DNA of 64,000 nt from positions 65,124,928 through 65,188,927 of the forward strand of contig NC_068982.1 in the NCBI RefSeq assembly GCF_001194135.2, written 5' to 3'. The notes under the pieces were generated by a model. The model was not told the DNA's origin. It saw only the letters and a program-made list of their open reading frames with translations, and did not search any database. The DNA comes from Octopus bimaculoides (lineage: Eukaryota). Made by a program: the position numbers and the translations under genes. Position 1 is the first letter of the stretch, and each line of letters starts with the position of its first letter. Shown one piece after another: positions 26,541 to 40,327 of the stretch.

Positions 26541-27525
26541 TTGCCTCTACTCTGTACTATTGGTATGCTTTCTCCAATATTTTTTATATTTCCACAAATC
26601 AATGATGGTGGTGGTGGGGCTTGAGCTGCTGGAAATAACAGCTAGATTTATTTCTCAAATGCTGCCTTAAAAGAAAGCAAGATGAGATGGTCATAGCTGA
26701 CAGTTTCTTGATGTAAGGTCGGCTGGATGAGGGCTGACCTGGAGTTAACAAAAACAGTGATTTAGAAAAGTCCCGGCAATGCAGATAGGAGAATGTTAAA
26801 TATAAAAACAAGAAACGAAAGTCGACCATATAATCCTAATATGTATTTGCAGGTAAAAACACTCCTTATCAAAGTGTGAAAAGAACAAAGAGGTGTCTGA
26901 CTTCGACGGTATTTTTACCGAAATATATCATCGAGATTTTTAAATGTTTCTTAAGGTGAAAGTTCAGTCTTTGTTCTTAGTCTTACTTATATTTAATCTT
27001 CCCCTCAACTGCATGACGGTGGATTTATATCTAAATCAGTGTTTACTGTAATGCTTTAAGCAAATAAACACTGTTCTGACTATACTTAGATTTCATTTTA
27101 GTGCATTTTGGCTAATATTTTTACAACCTTCGTCGTCATTCTATAGACAATCATTATTATTATTATCTCTTCTTTTTTCTTCTTCTTTAATATTAGTTGT
27201 TACTTTGTTTCAGGGTCAACTGTACTTTATATAACACATTAAATTAGAAATGAACAGTTGTTTATAACAAACACCATCGCATAACATTAAGAGTAACATT
27301 CATAACGGATTACTTCTTTGTTCAGAAGATTACTAACTCAATGTTAGGTTTAAAATATTGAGAAGTAAAGAGAGAGTTTGTGTGTGTGTGGAGAGAGAGA
27401 GAGAGAGATCTTAAGTTATGAATGATAAAAGAAATATGAAGAGAAATATATTTTAAATATTGTATTACTTTATAAAATTTTTTATCCAGTGTTATTTTTT
27501 CAATTTATCTCATTTTTAAAAAGAA

Positions 27526-27581
<56 letters not shown>

Positions 27582-28163
27582 TATATACACATATATACAT
27601 ACATAGACACATTTTTTGAGCGATCAGAAAAATCGTTCTCTGTAACAGCATGATAAAGCTTAAGAATTCTCTCATACTCTTGAATAATAAGTGACGAGAT
27701 TATAAAAACATGGTTTTTTTTTTATATTTCAGCATAAAATCTATAAAATCAATCAATATTAATAAAAAGTATCTTTTATTTGTTGAGTAAGAGAAAGGTT
27801 ATATTTTCTTAAAACATAACATTGTGTAAGAATAAGATCGCACTGACCAATTATCGATCTTTTCCATAGACATAATTTTTGGTATGGCTGAGGGAGTAAG
27901 AAGTTCGCTTCACGACGTCCCAGTTCCAAGATCGATCCCTCTATAAGGTAACCTGCATTGCCTCAGTTGGACTATTCTTACTGACATTCAACATACTGTG
28001 CTGAATTTTAGTTATTACCATTGTTGTCTGGAATCCAGATTTTAATCTTGTGAGTAAAATTTAGTAGATGATGTAATACATAAAAGTGGATCTATATATC
28101 TATCTGTCTGTTTCTGTGTGTGTTATCGTAATATATATATATATATATAAAAGGTGAATCAAG

Positions 28164-28370
28164 GCACCTACTAGCAGAATCGTAAGCATGCCGGGCAATA
28201 TACTTAGTGGCGTTTCGTTTGTCTCTACGTTCTGAGTTGAAATTCCACCGAGGTTTGCATTTCATCCTTTCGAAATCAATAAAATAGGTACCAGTTGAGC
28301 ACTGGAGTTGGTGTAATCGACTTACCCTCTCCTCCGAAATTGCTGGCCTTGTGCTAAAATTTGAAACCAG
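28164..28370 (+). mobile_element. SINE family B with CpGs retained
   Basis: GCAGAATCGTAAGCATGCCGGGC...TACGTTCTGAGTTGAAATTCCACCG. Confidence 0.85.
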
Positions 28371-30199
28371 TATATAAAAATGAATTTGTATGTGCTTGAA
28401 ATTGTAAGCCACTGTATGTGTAGGTAGCTGGAAATTTTGTATAAGGGCACGTATTTTCAAGAAGGTGATAAACCATGTGGCTTTTACTGAATTTTTTTAG
28501 CTTCAGATAGTAAAACCAAAAATATTGTATACCCTCAACAATTGCAATAAACACTGGAAAAAGTTACTGATTAGCAAAATAATTCATTTAGATTGATTAT
28601 GTAAATTTGTACTGTATTTCTTTTAAAGGAATATCTTCACAGAAAATTACAAAAAATTAAGAGCAATGTTTTAATTTCTATGTTTATATATCTATAAAGC
28701 TCAACTTAAACCATCTTCTGAATTGCTTGGGTTAAACAATTCTTAAGTGAATCAACATTCCCGGACGAACAGAAGATTATCAGCAGTTTTTTAAAGCGAT
28801 CTATGCAAACTACGTGAAAGACGCTTGGCCTAGTGCTTAATGTTGCCTCACGATGATATCGCCGGTTCAAACACCCATGTTTAAATTAACTCTTATTGTT
28901 AGCTGTCAGCGAAATTTGAAACAATACCTTATTGATTCTAGCAGTAACTACAAAGTTTCTGGTCAGACCTTATAAGTGACCCAAATGAACAATGTTTAGA
29001 AGTGCATAAATGCATTTGAATATTTCTACATTTGACAGCTGTATGGTTAATACTTAAAGAGCTGTTAGTCAATAACAAGTATGTGACTGACAGTAGCACT
29101 ATCATCAAAAGTAATCCCTTTCTTTTAGCATTGCTGTCTGTAACCATTTATGTCAGAGGTTTCTGTTGAACACCTTCCAAGAAATAAACCAACTGCCCAA
29201 AGGCAAGATGTAAAAGATTTCAAATTCTCATTTTGTCTTCTTCCAAATATAAAGTGATCGTTAGTTTTTTCTTACTAGGTGTTCTTATTTCATTGTCTGT
29301 CGCTATTTCAAACCGGTTTCACTGATAAAATTTCTTTTACGGAACAATGATTGAAAATGATAGAGAGAGAAGCGGAAAGAGAGGTAGGGAGTGATTGTCT
29401 TTCAATAAGTACTATAATGGCTTTTAATGGATTCTAATTTTTCTTTTTATTTATTTCATTTTCTGAGCGACCACGATAAAATTATCTCTAGCAACAACGA
29501 AGTTTCCCTTCTTAGCAACAACGTTGTTAGTTAATAGCGTAATCAATCACTCGATCAATATTTCATTTATTTCATGCGAGTACGATAAACATTGTAAATT
29601 TGCTTAGTCTGATCGGAGGTATCCCTACTAGTTTAAAACTCGGCGTTGAAAGCGAACAAAAAGATCTTTTCGTATTGTTTTCAAAACACCGTATCTTTTA
29701 TCTTTTTCTTTTGCCTTTTTCACTCAGTGAACTGCACCCATACTGGGGCACCTCCTCCACTCCAGTACTTGTTCTTTAAGTCTCGTATACTGTTGGTTTC
29801 TTTTACCGAATGGCTAAGTTATGCAGACAAACGAATATCACCGGGGGACGAAAACACACACACACGTGCGAGGGAGTACGATGGGCTTGTACTGAAACCT
29901 CTCTCTCGAGCATTCAATCACAAATGATAACGAAGCGGCTAACATCTAGCCTTCGGCTGCCTTGGACCGGTTACCTGGTCGGAAGATTCTCGCAGGTTGG
30001 TTCTGACTGTTAACTTCGTGGTGGAAATAATCCACTCAAACAGTGTCGAGATGAAACCGCGTTTGTTGGTGTTGGTGGTGTTGCTGTCGACGACATTGTG
30101 GTAGACAGTACATTGGTGGTGATAACGTCGTCGATGGAAACTGACTAGAACTGTGTTCTGTATGTGGTCGCAATGACTGGCGTAGTTGGAGCAGGTTTA

Positions 30200-31502
30200 T
30201 TTATAGATGAACAGGGGCTCACCGGAACAGCAGAAAAACACTCTCTCACGTGACCTTATCTGAAGGCCACGATTGGACGGTATGCACCCTGGCTCGAAAC
30301 AGAACTGGTGACAATTGCCGCGCAAATAAGAACCAATCAGGGTGGTGGACACAAGGATGATTGTTGAGGGACGTAGACCAAATTGTTATGAATGTGAAAT
30401 AAGAGGCCACATGAAGACGCAGTGCCCCAAGCACAAACCTCCTCAGAGTGAGAAGGCTAAAGGCGGCGAGCTGGCAGAATCGTTACCCCGCCGGGCGAAA
30501 TGTTTAGTAGTATTTCGTCTGCCGTTACGTTCTGAGTTCAAATTCCGCCGAGGTCGACTTTGCCTTTCATCCTTTCGGGGTCGATAAATTAAGTACCAGT
30601 TACGCACTGGGGTTGATGTAATCGACTTAGTCCCTTTGTCTGTCCTTGTTTAGCCCCTTGTGGGCAATAAAGAAATAAGAGTGAGAAGGCTATGGAGAGG
30701 TACCAAGTGGAGACAGCAAAAGTGATATGGAGTGGGCCAGGGATACGGAAGAAGTGGAGTCAAAGAAAGGCAGAACGAAAGCGACAAGTGAGGGGAGTGA
30801 CGGATTTGTCAGCCCCAAAAATTAAGGAAAAGGTGACAGCAAAGGAAAACTCTGAAAGACCAGAACCAGATAAGACACTAAAAGAAGGTAAGTAACTGCC
30901 TATGTTTAAACACAAGCAGATGATTGAAACGGAACCAAAGGAGCGGGAATCAGTAGAAGGGACTGAACAGCAGGTTATGGAAAGTAATGCATTTGTAGTT
31001 TACTATGGTAAGAATGTGGATGTGGAAAAGAGGATTTCCAAGTAGAAGGGTTTAATAAGGGTGAAACTATCCAGGGAGGATTTCACGGATGCTCAAAAGT
31101 GTGTATTATTGAACGAAGACAGATCCAACACGTTTATAAAATTACATGCAAAGCATATAATTTCAATTGGCGGGCCGGTGGGGTTTGATGCTCTACTACT
31201 CATAATTCAACATTAAAGACATGCAAAGTTTAAAAGTATTATAAAAGATGAACATTTAAAAATGAAGATGTGAACTTTGTAAAAGAAAAAAAAGAAACTG
31301 TTCAAAATATAACGTCTAAATGTAACCATTCGACTTCGGTGCTTGAATGGGCATTGCGCCTCATTTTATCATTTTCATTCCTTCTTTTTATTTTTTTTCT
31401 TCACTCAATTTCTTTCTGTATTTTTATTTCCCCGACTATGTGTCCTGTATTGTTTTGTAATGCCCCATCTATGTTTGGCCACTTGTGGATAATAAAAAAA
31501 TC
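30200..31502 (+). mobile_element. Second ORF1-only L1/Tx1-like element, interrupted by a SINE
   Basis: MIVEGRRPNCYECEIRGHMKTQCP (CCHC knuckle); removing the SINE and one TSD rejoins QSEKA-MERYQVET in frame; ends in CCCCATCTATGTTTGGCCACTTGTGGATAATAAAAAAA tail. Confidence 0.65.
30460..30677 (+). mobile_element. Young SINE family B insertion with 15-bp TSD
   Basis: TSD AGAGTGAGAAGGCTA at 30445-30459 and 30678-30692; CpGs intact. Confidence 0.95.
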
Positions 31503-31990
31503 AAGACGTTGGTGTTGCCTTGGCGGAGGTTTGCGCTCTGAATGCTCTTGTTAAATGTGTTTTGCCATCTTTTGATCTGTTTCTTGCGATGTTTTATGTT
31601 CAGATTTCAAATCCATACGAAACACACATTGTTTTTCATCCTTCTGGGGTCGATAAAATAAAGTACTGGATGTCAATTTATATTTCTTTGCAGGTAAGGA
31701 GGAAGGGAACCTAAAAGTAGCATTCTTCCGTTTTAAGCATGACAAATGTCAAAATTTGTGCCAGCTGATTTCCTAACACATGCCGTTATTTATTTAATAT
31801 ATTTTTGTGTTCTGGAATGAATATGATTCTACATGCATACATACATACATGTATGTATGTAAAGAAAAAGTAGATAGTCAGTATTTTGGTTAATACTTTA
31901 TTAGCACTTTTTCGTAATATAAAATCTGTACATCACTTCAAACAATCAAATTCTTATATTTATATATGTGTGTGTGTGTGTACATACATG

Positions 31991-33270
31991 AACACTGACA
32001 TGCAGGAAGTAAAAAGACACCTTTAATTTTCAAAATCTTTTATTTAATACGCAAAGCGAACAATTAAAATGTAATCGATAGGTAGGACTACATACTTCGG
32101 TATTTAGTTGACATTCTCTTTGCGGTTTTTAATTCGGAAACTCGTTTTGGAACTGAACTGATGAGCTTTGTGATTGTCTCTTGTGGAATTTCTGCCCACT
32201 TTTCACGCAACAATCGAAACAATCCATCTTTACATTTAGGCTTCTGTCAAGTTTTTCGTATAGCTCTATCTAGTATGCTCCAAAGATTTTCAATTAGGTT
32301 CATGTCAAGAGATTGGCTCGACCAAGGAAGCTTTTTGATCCCATTTTCAGTCAGCCATTATTGATTCCATTTCGCGGTGTGGTATGGAGCCCCATCTTCC
32401 ATGAATAAAAAAAATCATTTTTCGTTATGTTATCATATGAATACATCGGAAGTGGTCCTTGCTAAAGTATTTCGATGTATTTCTCAGAGTTTATGGTTCC
32501 AACAGATTCAATCAGCTCAGAACAACCATTGCTGGTGACAGCTCCCCATACCATTACAGAAATACCGCCATGTTTCACAAATGGTTGGAGTCGTTTCAAA
32601 TCAAATTCTTGATTGGGAAGCCTCCAGACCCAAACACGTCCACTGTCTGAAAATAATGCAAATCCGGATTCATCTGAGAAAATCCCTCTATCCTAAAATG
32701 AACTGGATTTTTCTGACATCTCCTTAGCCCATTTCTTTCTTTTCGTGATATTAATCAGTTGGAGAGCTTTTCTTCTAGCTGCTCGTCCATAATACCCAAG
32801 CTTTTGCAGATATGTAACACACGTTCATTGACTAACTTCTAGCTGTTTTGTAATGTCAGAAACCTTCGAACAGGGTTCGTTTTCCACAATTCTCTTCAAA
32901 CAGCGAAGCTTCCTTTCCGAGGGCCCAGGTCGGCCGGAACGATTATCTGTTGATTTTTTTCCTTGGCTTTTGAATTGCACTATAATTCTATTAACAGTAG
33001 CAAGAAGAATTTGAAGATTTTCGGCAATTTTTCGCTGGCTAAGACCAGCCTCAGATTGCCCAACAATACGATGTCTTTGAAAATCTGACAGTTCTGCTGA
33101 ATTTTTTGTACATCACATAGTTACTCTCCGAAAATGTTTAATATAATGGCACCTGAAATGAAAAAGAATAATTACATTGTGAATTCTACACCGCTGAAAA
33201 CATTAAGACGCTTAGATCAGAAATTTTGAAAATTAAAGGTGTCTATTTACTTCCTGCATGTGTTTGTGTA
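31991..33270 (-). mobile_element. Full-length, inactivated Tc1-family DNA transposon (DD34E)
   Basis: ~40-bp TIRs (CATGCAGGAAGTAAA.AGACACCTTTAATTTTCAAAAT); minus-strand IFSDES, VMVWGA, FMEDGAPYH, WSSQSLDMNLIENLW; D at 32394-6 and E at 32289-91 are 35 codons apart; several stops and frameshifts. Confidence 0.93.
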
Positions 33271-34904
33271 TACGAATACCAACTCATTGAGCAATTGTAG
33301 TTGATTTTATTTTTGTTTTAGTTCACCTAGCTGTTGATGGTAGGAGTAAACAATATTGGGGCAAAGAAAGAAAAAAAAAATCTATTGGGTCTTTTGTAAA
33401 TGTCAAGTGTGACAGACTGGCATCCTAGCTATGTAAGGGTCATTCGATTTGTCGTCTGCTTAATGTTATAAAATCTCGAGATAAGCATCGTTTTTTATGT
33501 TATCTTGTGGTTTACGAAGCCCCATTTCAATGTTATCGTGTCACTGATGCTTATTGTCTAATTTGGAAAACTGTTATTAGCATAACATTTGTATAAATCC
33601 ACTATTTATCTAATCTATTTTCTCTTTAATGAAATGATTAATGAATCTTATATAAATGATGCAAAATTATATTTGATTCAGAGACCTGAAGTCTTTTGTA
33701 TGCTAATCATGAAAATGGAATTGAAGTAATACTAATGATCCTGGTTCCTCTTAGGCTTGCATAGATGGCATTGAATTTTCATGGGATCTTTTTTAAAACG
33801 GGGGCCACATTTTTCATTAATGTTTTACGTAGTGTTTTTGGTACCGAAAGACTTTCAAACTTCGTATACTTATCTATTTTGTGTTATAGAACAGAAAAAT
33901 ATTTTTGTATTCGAATTTATTTCATGTAAAAAATTGTCTTATTTCGATAATTTCAACCAATCACTGACAAGTATTCAGTTGTTTATATTTACTCCTTTGG
34001 CTAATTAAGCGGTGTAAAGCGTATTTAATTTCCATAGCTTCGTTTTGCTTTTTTCTTTTTAAATTTGCTGTTTTACCCTAACCTTAATCCTATCACCGAT
34101 AGAATTGTTTCAGAATCGTTTGTTTATGTAGTCGGCACTTAATGTATATCGGCTGAATGGACGTCAGTGATTGGNNNNNNNNNNNNNNNNNNNNNNNNNN
34201 NNNNNNNNNNNNNNNNNNNNNNNNNNNNNNNNNNNNNNNNNNNNNNNNNNNNNNNNNNNNNNNNNNNNNNNNNNNNNNNNNNNNNNNNNNNNNNNNNNNN
34301 NNNNNNNNNNNNNNNNNNNNNNNNNNNNNNNNNNNNNNNNNNNNNNNNNNNNNNNNNNNNNNNNNNNNNNNNNNNNNNNNNNNNNNNNNNNNNNNNNNNN
34401 NNNNNNNNNNNNNNNNNNNNNNNNNNNNNNNNNNNNNNNNNNNNNNNNNNNNNNNNNNNNNNNNNNNNNNNNNNNNNNNNNNNNNNNNNNNNNNNNNNNN
34501 NNNNNNNNNNNNNNAATTTTAAAAAAGTGGGTATTATAAAAAGTTTTTTTTTTAAAGGAAAAAACCGGTGGGTCGAACACGAACCCGGAAAAGTATCAAC
34601 ATATAATTTTGAACTCATTTCGATTTCATTATACTGTTCATTATACTGTGTATGTTCATTCGATTTCATTATATTTGATTTTTAACTAAGGTATAACCCC
34701 AGCCCCTAAATGTTTTGTTGTGTCCTTGTGCTGTCCCCTCTGTGTCATGGCCTGTGTGCCAAATAAAAGAAATTCCTTGTAATAAGCGCTATTCGTTAGT
34801 TATTTGGTCAACGCTGTCAGCGTTGTTAATCCCCTCCCCCATTTATGAGCAATGCTACATGTATAATTATAGCAACTGGTTTGAGATTCCTGCTCTGTCT
34901 TTTT

Positions 34905-35600
34905 TTTTTTTCACGGTGAATATAAAATTTTGTCAGAATGTGAAATGCAACGAGGCAATCCCATGCGAGGGAGAGGCTACCCATTCTTTCGCTTACCATT
35001 GACAATATTGTCAAATCCGTTGACACAGAGCTCTACATATATTACTTCGACGATATTACTATTGGTGGAAATCGTCTTAATGTCTTGGAAACCTTGCAAC
35101 GTGTGACTTATTCTATTATCAAATTCAGCCTCCAACTTAATGAAGCTAAAAGCTAGCTTATTTTCAACTACACATATGCTACTTACCAGGAAATATGTTC
35201 GAAAATACCTTCCATTTATGTCTCAAACTCCTCTGGGTTCCCTCTTACCATTTATATCTTGTTCCTCTTGTCTGTAACAGTATGTCTGCCACTCATGACC
35301 GATAATCTTAAGTACATCAAACCGTACTAGGCTTTTTTCCTGCTTCGAAACAGCCTAAACCTTGAGATGTACCTTCTGCCTTTCATACCAATTGGTTCCC
35401 TACCAATCTCAGTTTCTTTGCTACAGGACTGTTTTCTTCTATTATCAACGTCTATTTATCTGTTGTAGCACAGGCCCTCTCGTAAGGTATGGAAGTCTGG
35501 GAGTTCGTCTACGGTTTGACCCCTCCTTTGCCCTGTTTTCTGTCTTCTCTCCACCTGTCGCCTCTCTAGTTAACCGTCTCTTGTCCTCCACCATTTCTTA
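34905..35600 (+). mobile_element. Degraded CRE-like (RLE-type) non-LTR reverse transcriptase relic
   Basis: QRGNP, FSLTIDNIVKSVDTELYIYYFDDITIGG (YFDD at 35043-35054), LQLNEAKS, FFLLRNSL, GPLVRYGSLGVR in shifting frames. Confidence 0.7.
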
Positions 35601-37031
35601 ATATAGAGGACGCGTCTTTACAGTGGGCATTGGTAGAAGAGTTCGTTCATGAGCTGAAGGAGATCCAGAAGATCGATAAAATAATTAATAATCATATATT
35701 GAGCTCAACTAAATCTTCGAAATCCGTGGCTTCGGGCCAGGGTTAGAAATTATTACCACAGTCACTTCTAGGTAGACTGACTCTAGTTTCTGAACAATAA
35801 CGTTTAATTCTCTGTTATATTTTGATAGCGCTATTTTTTCTTTACATACGTACAATCCCAATGTCATGATTGTTTAGTCACAAATTTATGATTCAATATG
35901 TTGTTTGACGATTCTTTGGTTAACAGTAATTGTTTTTGTTACAATATACTATTTATCTAAGGTTGTTTTTTGTTGTTAATGTTTGAAGTATCAGCAAACA
36001 ATGTTGCTTTTATTGTTTGACGTTTATAACTACTAACAACATAATTCATGGGAGCAGCAACATGAATAAATTGGGTGTTTTTTTTTTGTACAAAAGTAAC
36101 AGTTCACGAATATTTTTTTTTTTTTTTTGCAATGAATAAAGCAATAATTGTACTCAAAACAACAGCTGATTATTGGGCAACAATAATCGTTGTAAAAAGA
36201 TTTCTATAATAGGTTTGAAAATGTACAAGAATGAAGTTTAAAGATTTAATACTTTGTTGTGTATGAATGAGATTTATTTGTTTTTTGTCTTTTGGTGCAA
36301 CAATAAATTTTTGTCACGCAGCTATGACTGACACTGTTGTCCGAGAATAAGTTTGTTGTTGCAACATACACAGAACAGCAACAGTCTCATATTGACTGCT
36401 ACACAGCAGTATTTTGATTACAATAGTGTGTATTTGTCAGTTCAAGTCCCCTACTTCTTTCTCTGTCAACACGCACACTTACATATACACATACACGCCT
36501 CTATTAATCTAATGTTGCAGCTAAATCTCCATCAATAGTTTTAAGTTGACATTGTTATCTGTGCCCTATGCCATTATTTTCCCCTCCCGCACTATTATCA
36601 AAGCTGTTAAACCTTATTATTGTAACACTTCATTCTATAAATGACTCAAATTCATATGACATCGCTGTAGCAAGGTTAACCAAGTGCAGCAAATCCTACT
36701 AAAATGTCAGCAAAAGCCTTATTGCTGAAGGGAGAAGACAAAGAACCAGTCTCTTTCATTTAAATCTGTTATGTGTGTCAACCTACAATAGGGGGTTGCA
36801 GATTCCACTGAAATAATATATAAAAGTGACGAATAAATAAATACATAACTTTACAAGTGTAAGAAATTCTTCATGAAGAATGTACAGAAATGATTTTGTT
36901 TCTCCCTCTTTCAAATATTTTTTTGCGTGCCTTTTATAGTTTCGTAACCTAGAATTCTAGAATGAATGCGTGTTGTGTATGTGTGACTTTACATATGTAT
37001 GTGCACATGCATGTGTGTGCGTGTGTGTGTG

Positions 37032-37071
<40 letters not shown>

Positions 37072-38109
37072 NNNNNNNNNNNNNNNNNNNNNNNNNNNNN
37101 NNNNNNNNNNNNNNNNNNNNNNNNNNNNNNNNNNNNNNNNNNNNNNNNNNNNNNNNNNNNNNNNNNNNNNNNNNNNNNNNNNNNNNNNNNNNNNNNNNNN
37201 NNNNNNNNNNNNNNNNNNNNNNNNNNNNNNNNNNNNNNNNNNNNNNNNNNNNNNNNNNNNNNNNNNNNNNNNNNNNNNNNNNNNNNNNNNNNNNNNNNNN
37301 NNNNNNNNNNNNNNNNNNNNNNNNNNNNNNNNNNNNNNNNNTGTATGTGTGTGTGTAATATGTATCTATATGATATATATATATATATATATATATATTG
37401 TATGTATATGTAGTTGTTGAGAATCGATATTGGATTAAGGAGAAAGCCACTAAGAGCTCTCCTACACAGTGGCCCTGCTTCACAATCCAGTATCGATTCT
37501 CAACTAGAATTATTCACTTATGTTGCTGATTTCCCTGACAAAGAAAGGCATGGACGTCACAATCTCTCTTTCCCTATCCTCTAAAAATATGGGCTGCCAT
37601 TCCACGGCAAGAAAAACATCACCTACACTTTATAAGTATGTTTATACACACACACACATCCATGTATTACAAACATACACCCCTACCTTCACATACAGCT
37701 TTCATATGTATTTTGCATATAGCTTAAGAATGAATCCCTGGTTGCCAAAGATTATATAGACGTGAGGGAAACCAAACCCGTTGGTTCTTATTGTAAACTA
37801 CTTCATCTCCACCCATATATAAATATTTCCATATTAACCAGTGCATCTCTTATTTCTTTACTTAACTAACCCTCCTTCTTTCTCTGTCAGTCTGTCTGTC
37901 TGTCTCTCTCTCTCTGTCTCTCTCTCACCCTCTCATGTATGTGTGTATAAACATATAAATATGCGCACACATATACACGCACACATGCGTGCGTGCGCAC
38001 ACACACACAATTCGAAACATTCGTAGAACTTTTCTGTATCTCCTTTAGCATTTTATATTTTGGTTCTCAACAGGTGGTAGCAACTGTAACAATATTGTGT
38101 TGATACTAA

Positions 38110-38144
<35 letters not shown>

Positions 38145-39179
38145 CTACCTACTAACATAAAATTAAACCATATTTCATTGAGTGAATATCCCTCTTCCAA
38201 TTATTTATATATAATCCTTCCCGGATTCCTTCCATCGTTAAAATAAGTATCAATACCGTCGCTGTGTTTATTGATTTCTGTTTGAACTAGGCACAATATA
38301 ATTGATGGTGGAGGAGTATATGATGATGTGACGTTTATTACTTCTTTCTCTTTATCCTCATCCAACATACCTCCCTTCCTTGTTCACGTTAACCTTTTGG
38401 TTTCTTCTTTCTCCACCTCCTCCACATCTTTTTACCCAAGTTCATATCTTTTTTCTTCGCTTCTTTTCCCCCTCAAATATTTCTTAGTCTCTTCACATCC
38501 ACATTGCACTTGGCCAGTCTTCTATCTAGCTGTCCTTATTCCATTTTGTCATCCCCCCTACCATTCATTTCCCCGTCTTTTTCTTTCCTTCTTTTCTCTT
38601 TATTTCTTTTTCTCTTTGTCTTTTCTTTTTCCTCTTTTCGTTCTATCTATATCTCTTTCTGTCTTTCTCTCTCTCCCTCTTTTCCCTTGTTACCTCACCA
38701 TTTTCTCTTATATTCCTATCTCCCTTTTTTTTTCTACACGTTTCTCTCCTTCGTTCCCCTATTCATACTTTTACTATAATCTATATTACAGATATATATA
38801 TATAGAAAGAGAGAGAGGGGAAGGAGATAAAGAAAGATTCTTGAAAGCAAACAATACTTTTATTTCGGTTTGCCTTGTTGCATGTACATACAGCAAAGAT
38901 TTTGAGGAATTACATCGGAGATTCCTTACCAAAGAACTGGATCTGGTTCAAGGTGAAGGCTGACTGATTGTCAGCTAGCTCAATTAATAGAAATTATTCC
39001 CCATTCCCTCGGCCTCACTGCACATGCAATACACACACACTGTATTCGATACGTGATCAGTGCTATCAATACGATAAACAGAAAACATTTATATTCCATA
39101 GCATGATGTTTCTTGACATCCGACTTCAAGCGCCATTTGTAAATATTGATTCGGCTTGGCTGTGGCTCTCTGATCTCTT

Positions 39180-39181
39180 GA

Positions 39182-39221
<40 letters not shown>

Positions 39222-39500
39222 CTGTGTGTGTGTGTGCCTGTGTGTGTGTGTGCCTGTGCATGCGCACGCATGTATACGTGCGTGTGTATATGTGTTTGCG
39301 TATGTGCACGTGTGTGTGTGTGCATGCCTGTGTATGTGCGGGTTTATGCGGATGTGTGCGCGCGTTCGCGTTTGTGTCTGTACACGCACGCATATGTGTG
39401 TATGTGTATATATGTGTGTGTATGTGTGCGCGCGCACAATAGTGTATATATGCGCGTGTGTGCGGGCGCGCATGTATATGTGTGCATGTATGTATGTGGT
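39180..39500. repeat. Long alternating purine-pyrimidine tract ((TG)n/(CG)n/(TA)n mosaic)
   Basis: Direct observation; CpGs intact. Confidence 0.9.
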
Positions 39501-39864
39501 GCTTTTATGCATCTTTCTAATCCAACGGCAACTTTCTTCTGAAGTTGACATGAACCAGCTTTTCAACCCTCTCTCATCCACCTTCACTCACATTCTTTCT
39601 CTTGCTCTCTGCCCCCACATACTTCTACTCTGTCTCTCTCTCTTTTTCACTTTCTCTCTCATGTACTCTCTCGCGTTCTCTGTTTCTTTCTCTCTTTGTT
39701 TTAGTCATTCTCTCTCTCGCACTTATTCCCTCTCCATATAACTTCAAGTCAATCATTGTTTTGTTTTCTCTCGCCATCCTCTCTTGAACCCACCGCATTT
39801 TCACACTTCCGAACTTCGTAGCTCGCCCCACTATCATCTTTATTTTCTTCTTTATCTTCCTTTT

Positions 39865-40291
39865 CTCTTTTACTCTTTTACTTGTTTCAGTCATTTGACT
39901 GCGGCCATGCTGGAGCACCGCCTTTAGTCGATTAAATCGACCCCAGGACTTATTCTTTGGATGCCTAGTACTTATTCTATCGGTTCTTTTGCCGAACCGC
40001 TAAGTTACGGGGACGTAAACACACCAGCATCGGTTGTCAAACGATGTTGGGGGGACAAACACAGACACACAAACACACACACACANNNNNNNNNNNNNNN
40101 NNNNNNNNNNNNNNNNNNNNNNNNNNNNNNNNNNNNNNNNNNNNNNNNNNNNNNNNNNNNNNNNNNNNNNNNNNNNNNNNNNNNNNNNNNNNNNNNNNNN
40201 NNNNNNNNNNNNNNNNNNNNNNNNNNNNNNNNNNNNNNNNNNNNNNNNNNNNNNNNNNNNNNNNNNNNNNNNNNNNNNNNNNNNNNNNNNN

Positions 40292-40327
<36 letters not shown>

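Noticed and set aside
38328-39741. 211-aa and 257-aa hydrophobic ORFs
   Set aside because: Products of CT-rich and TG-rich low-complexity DNA
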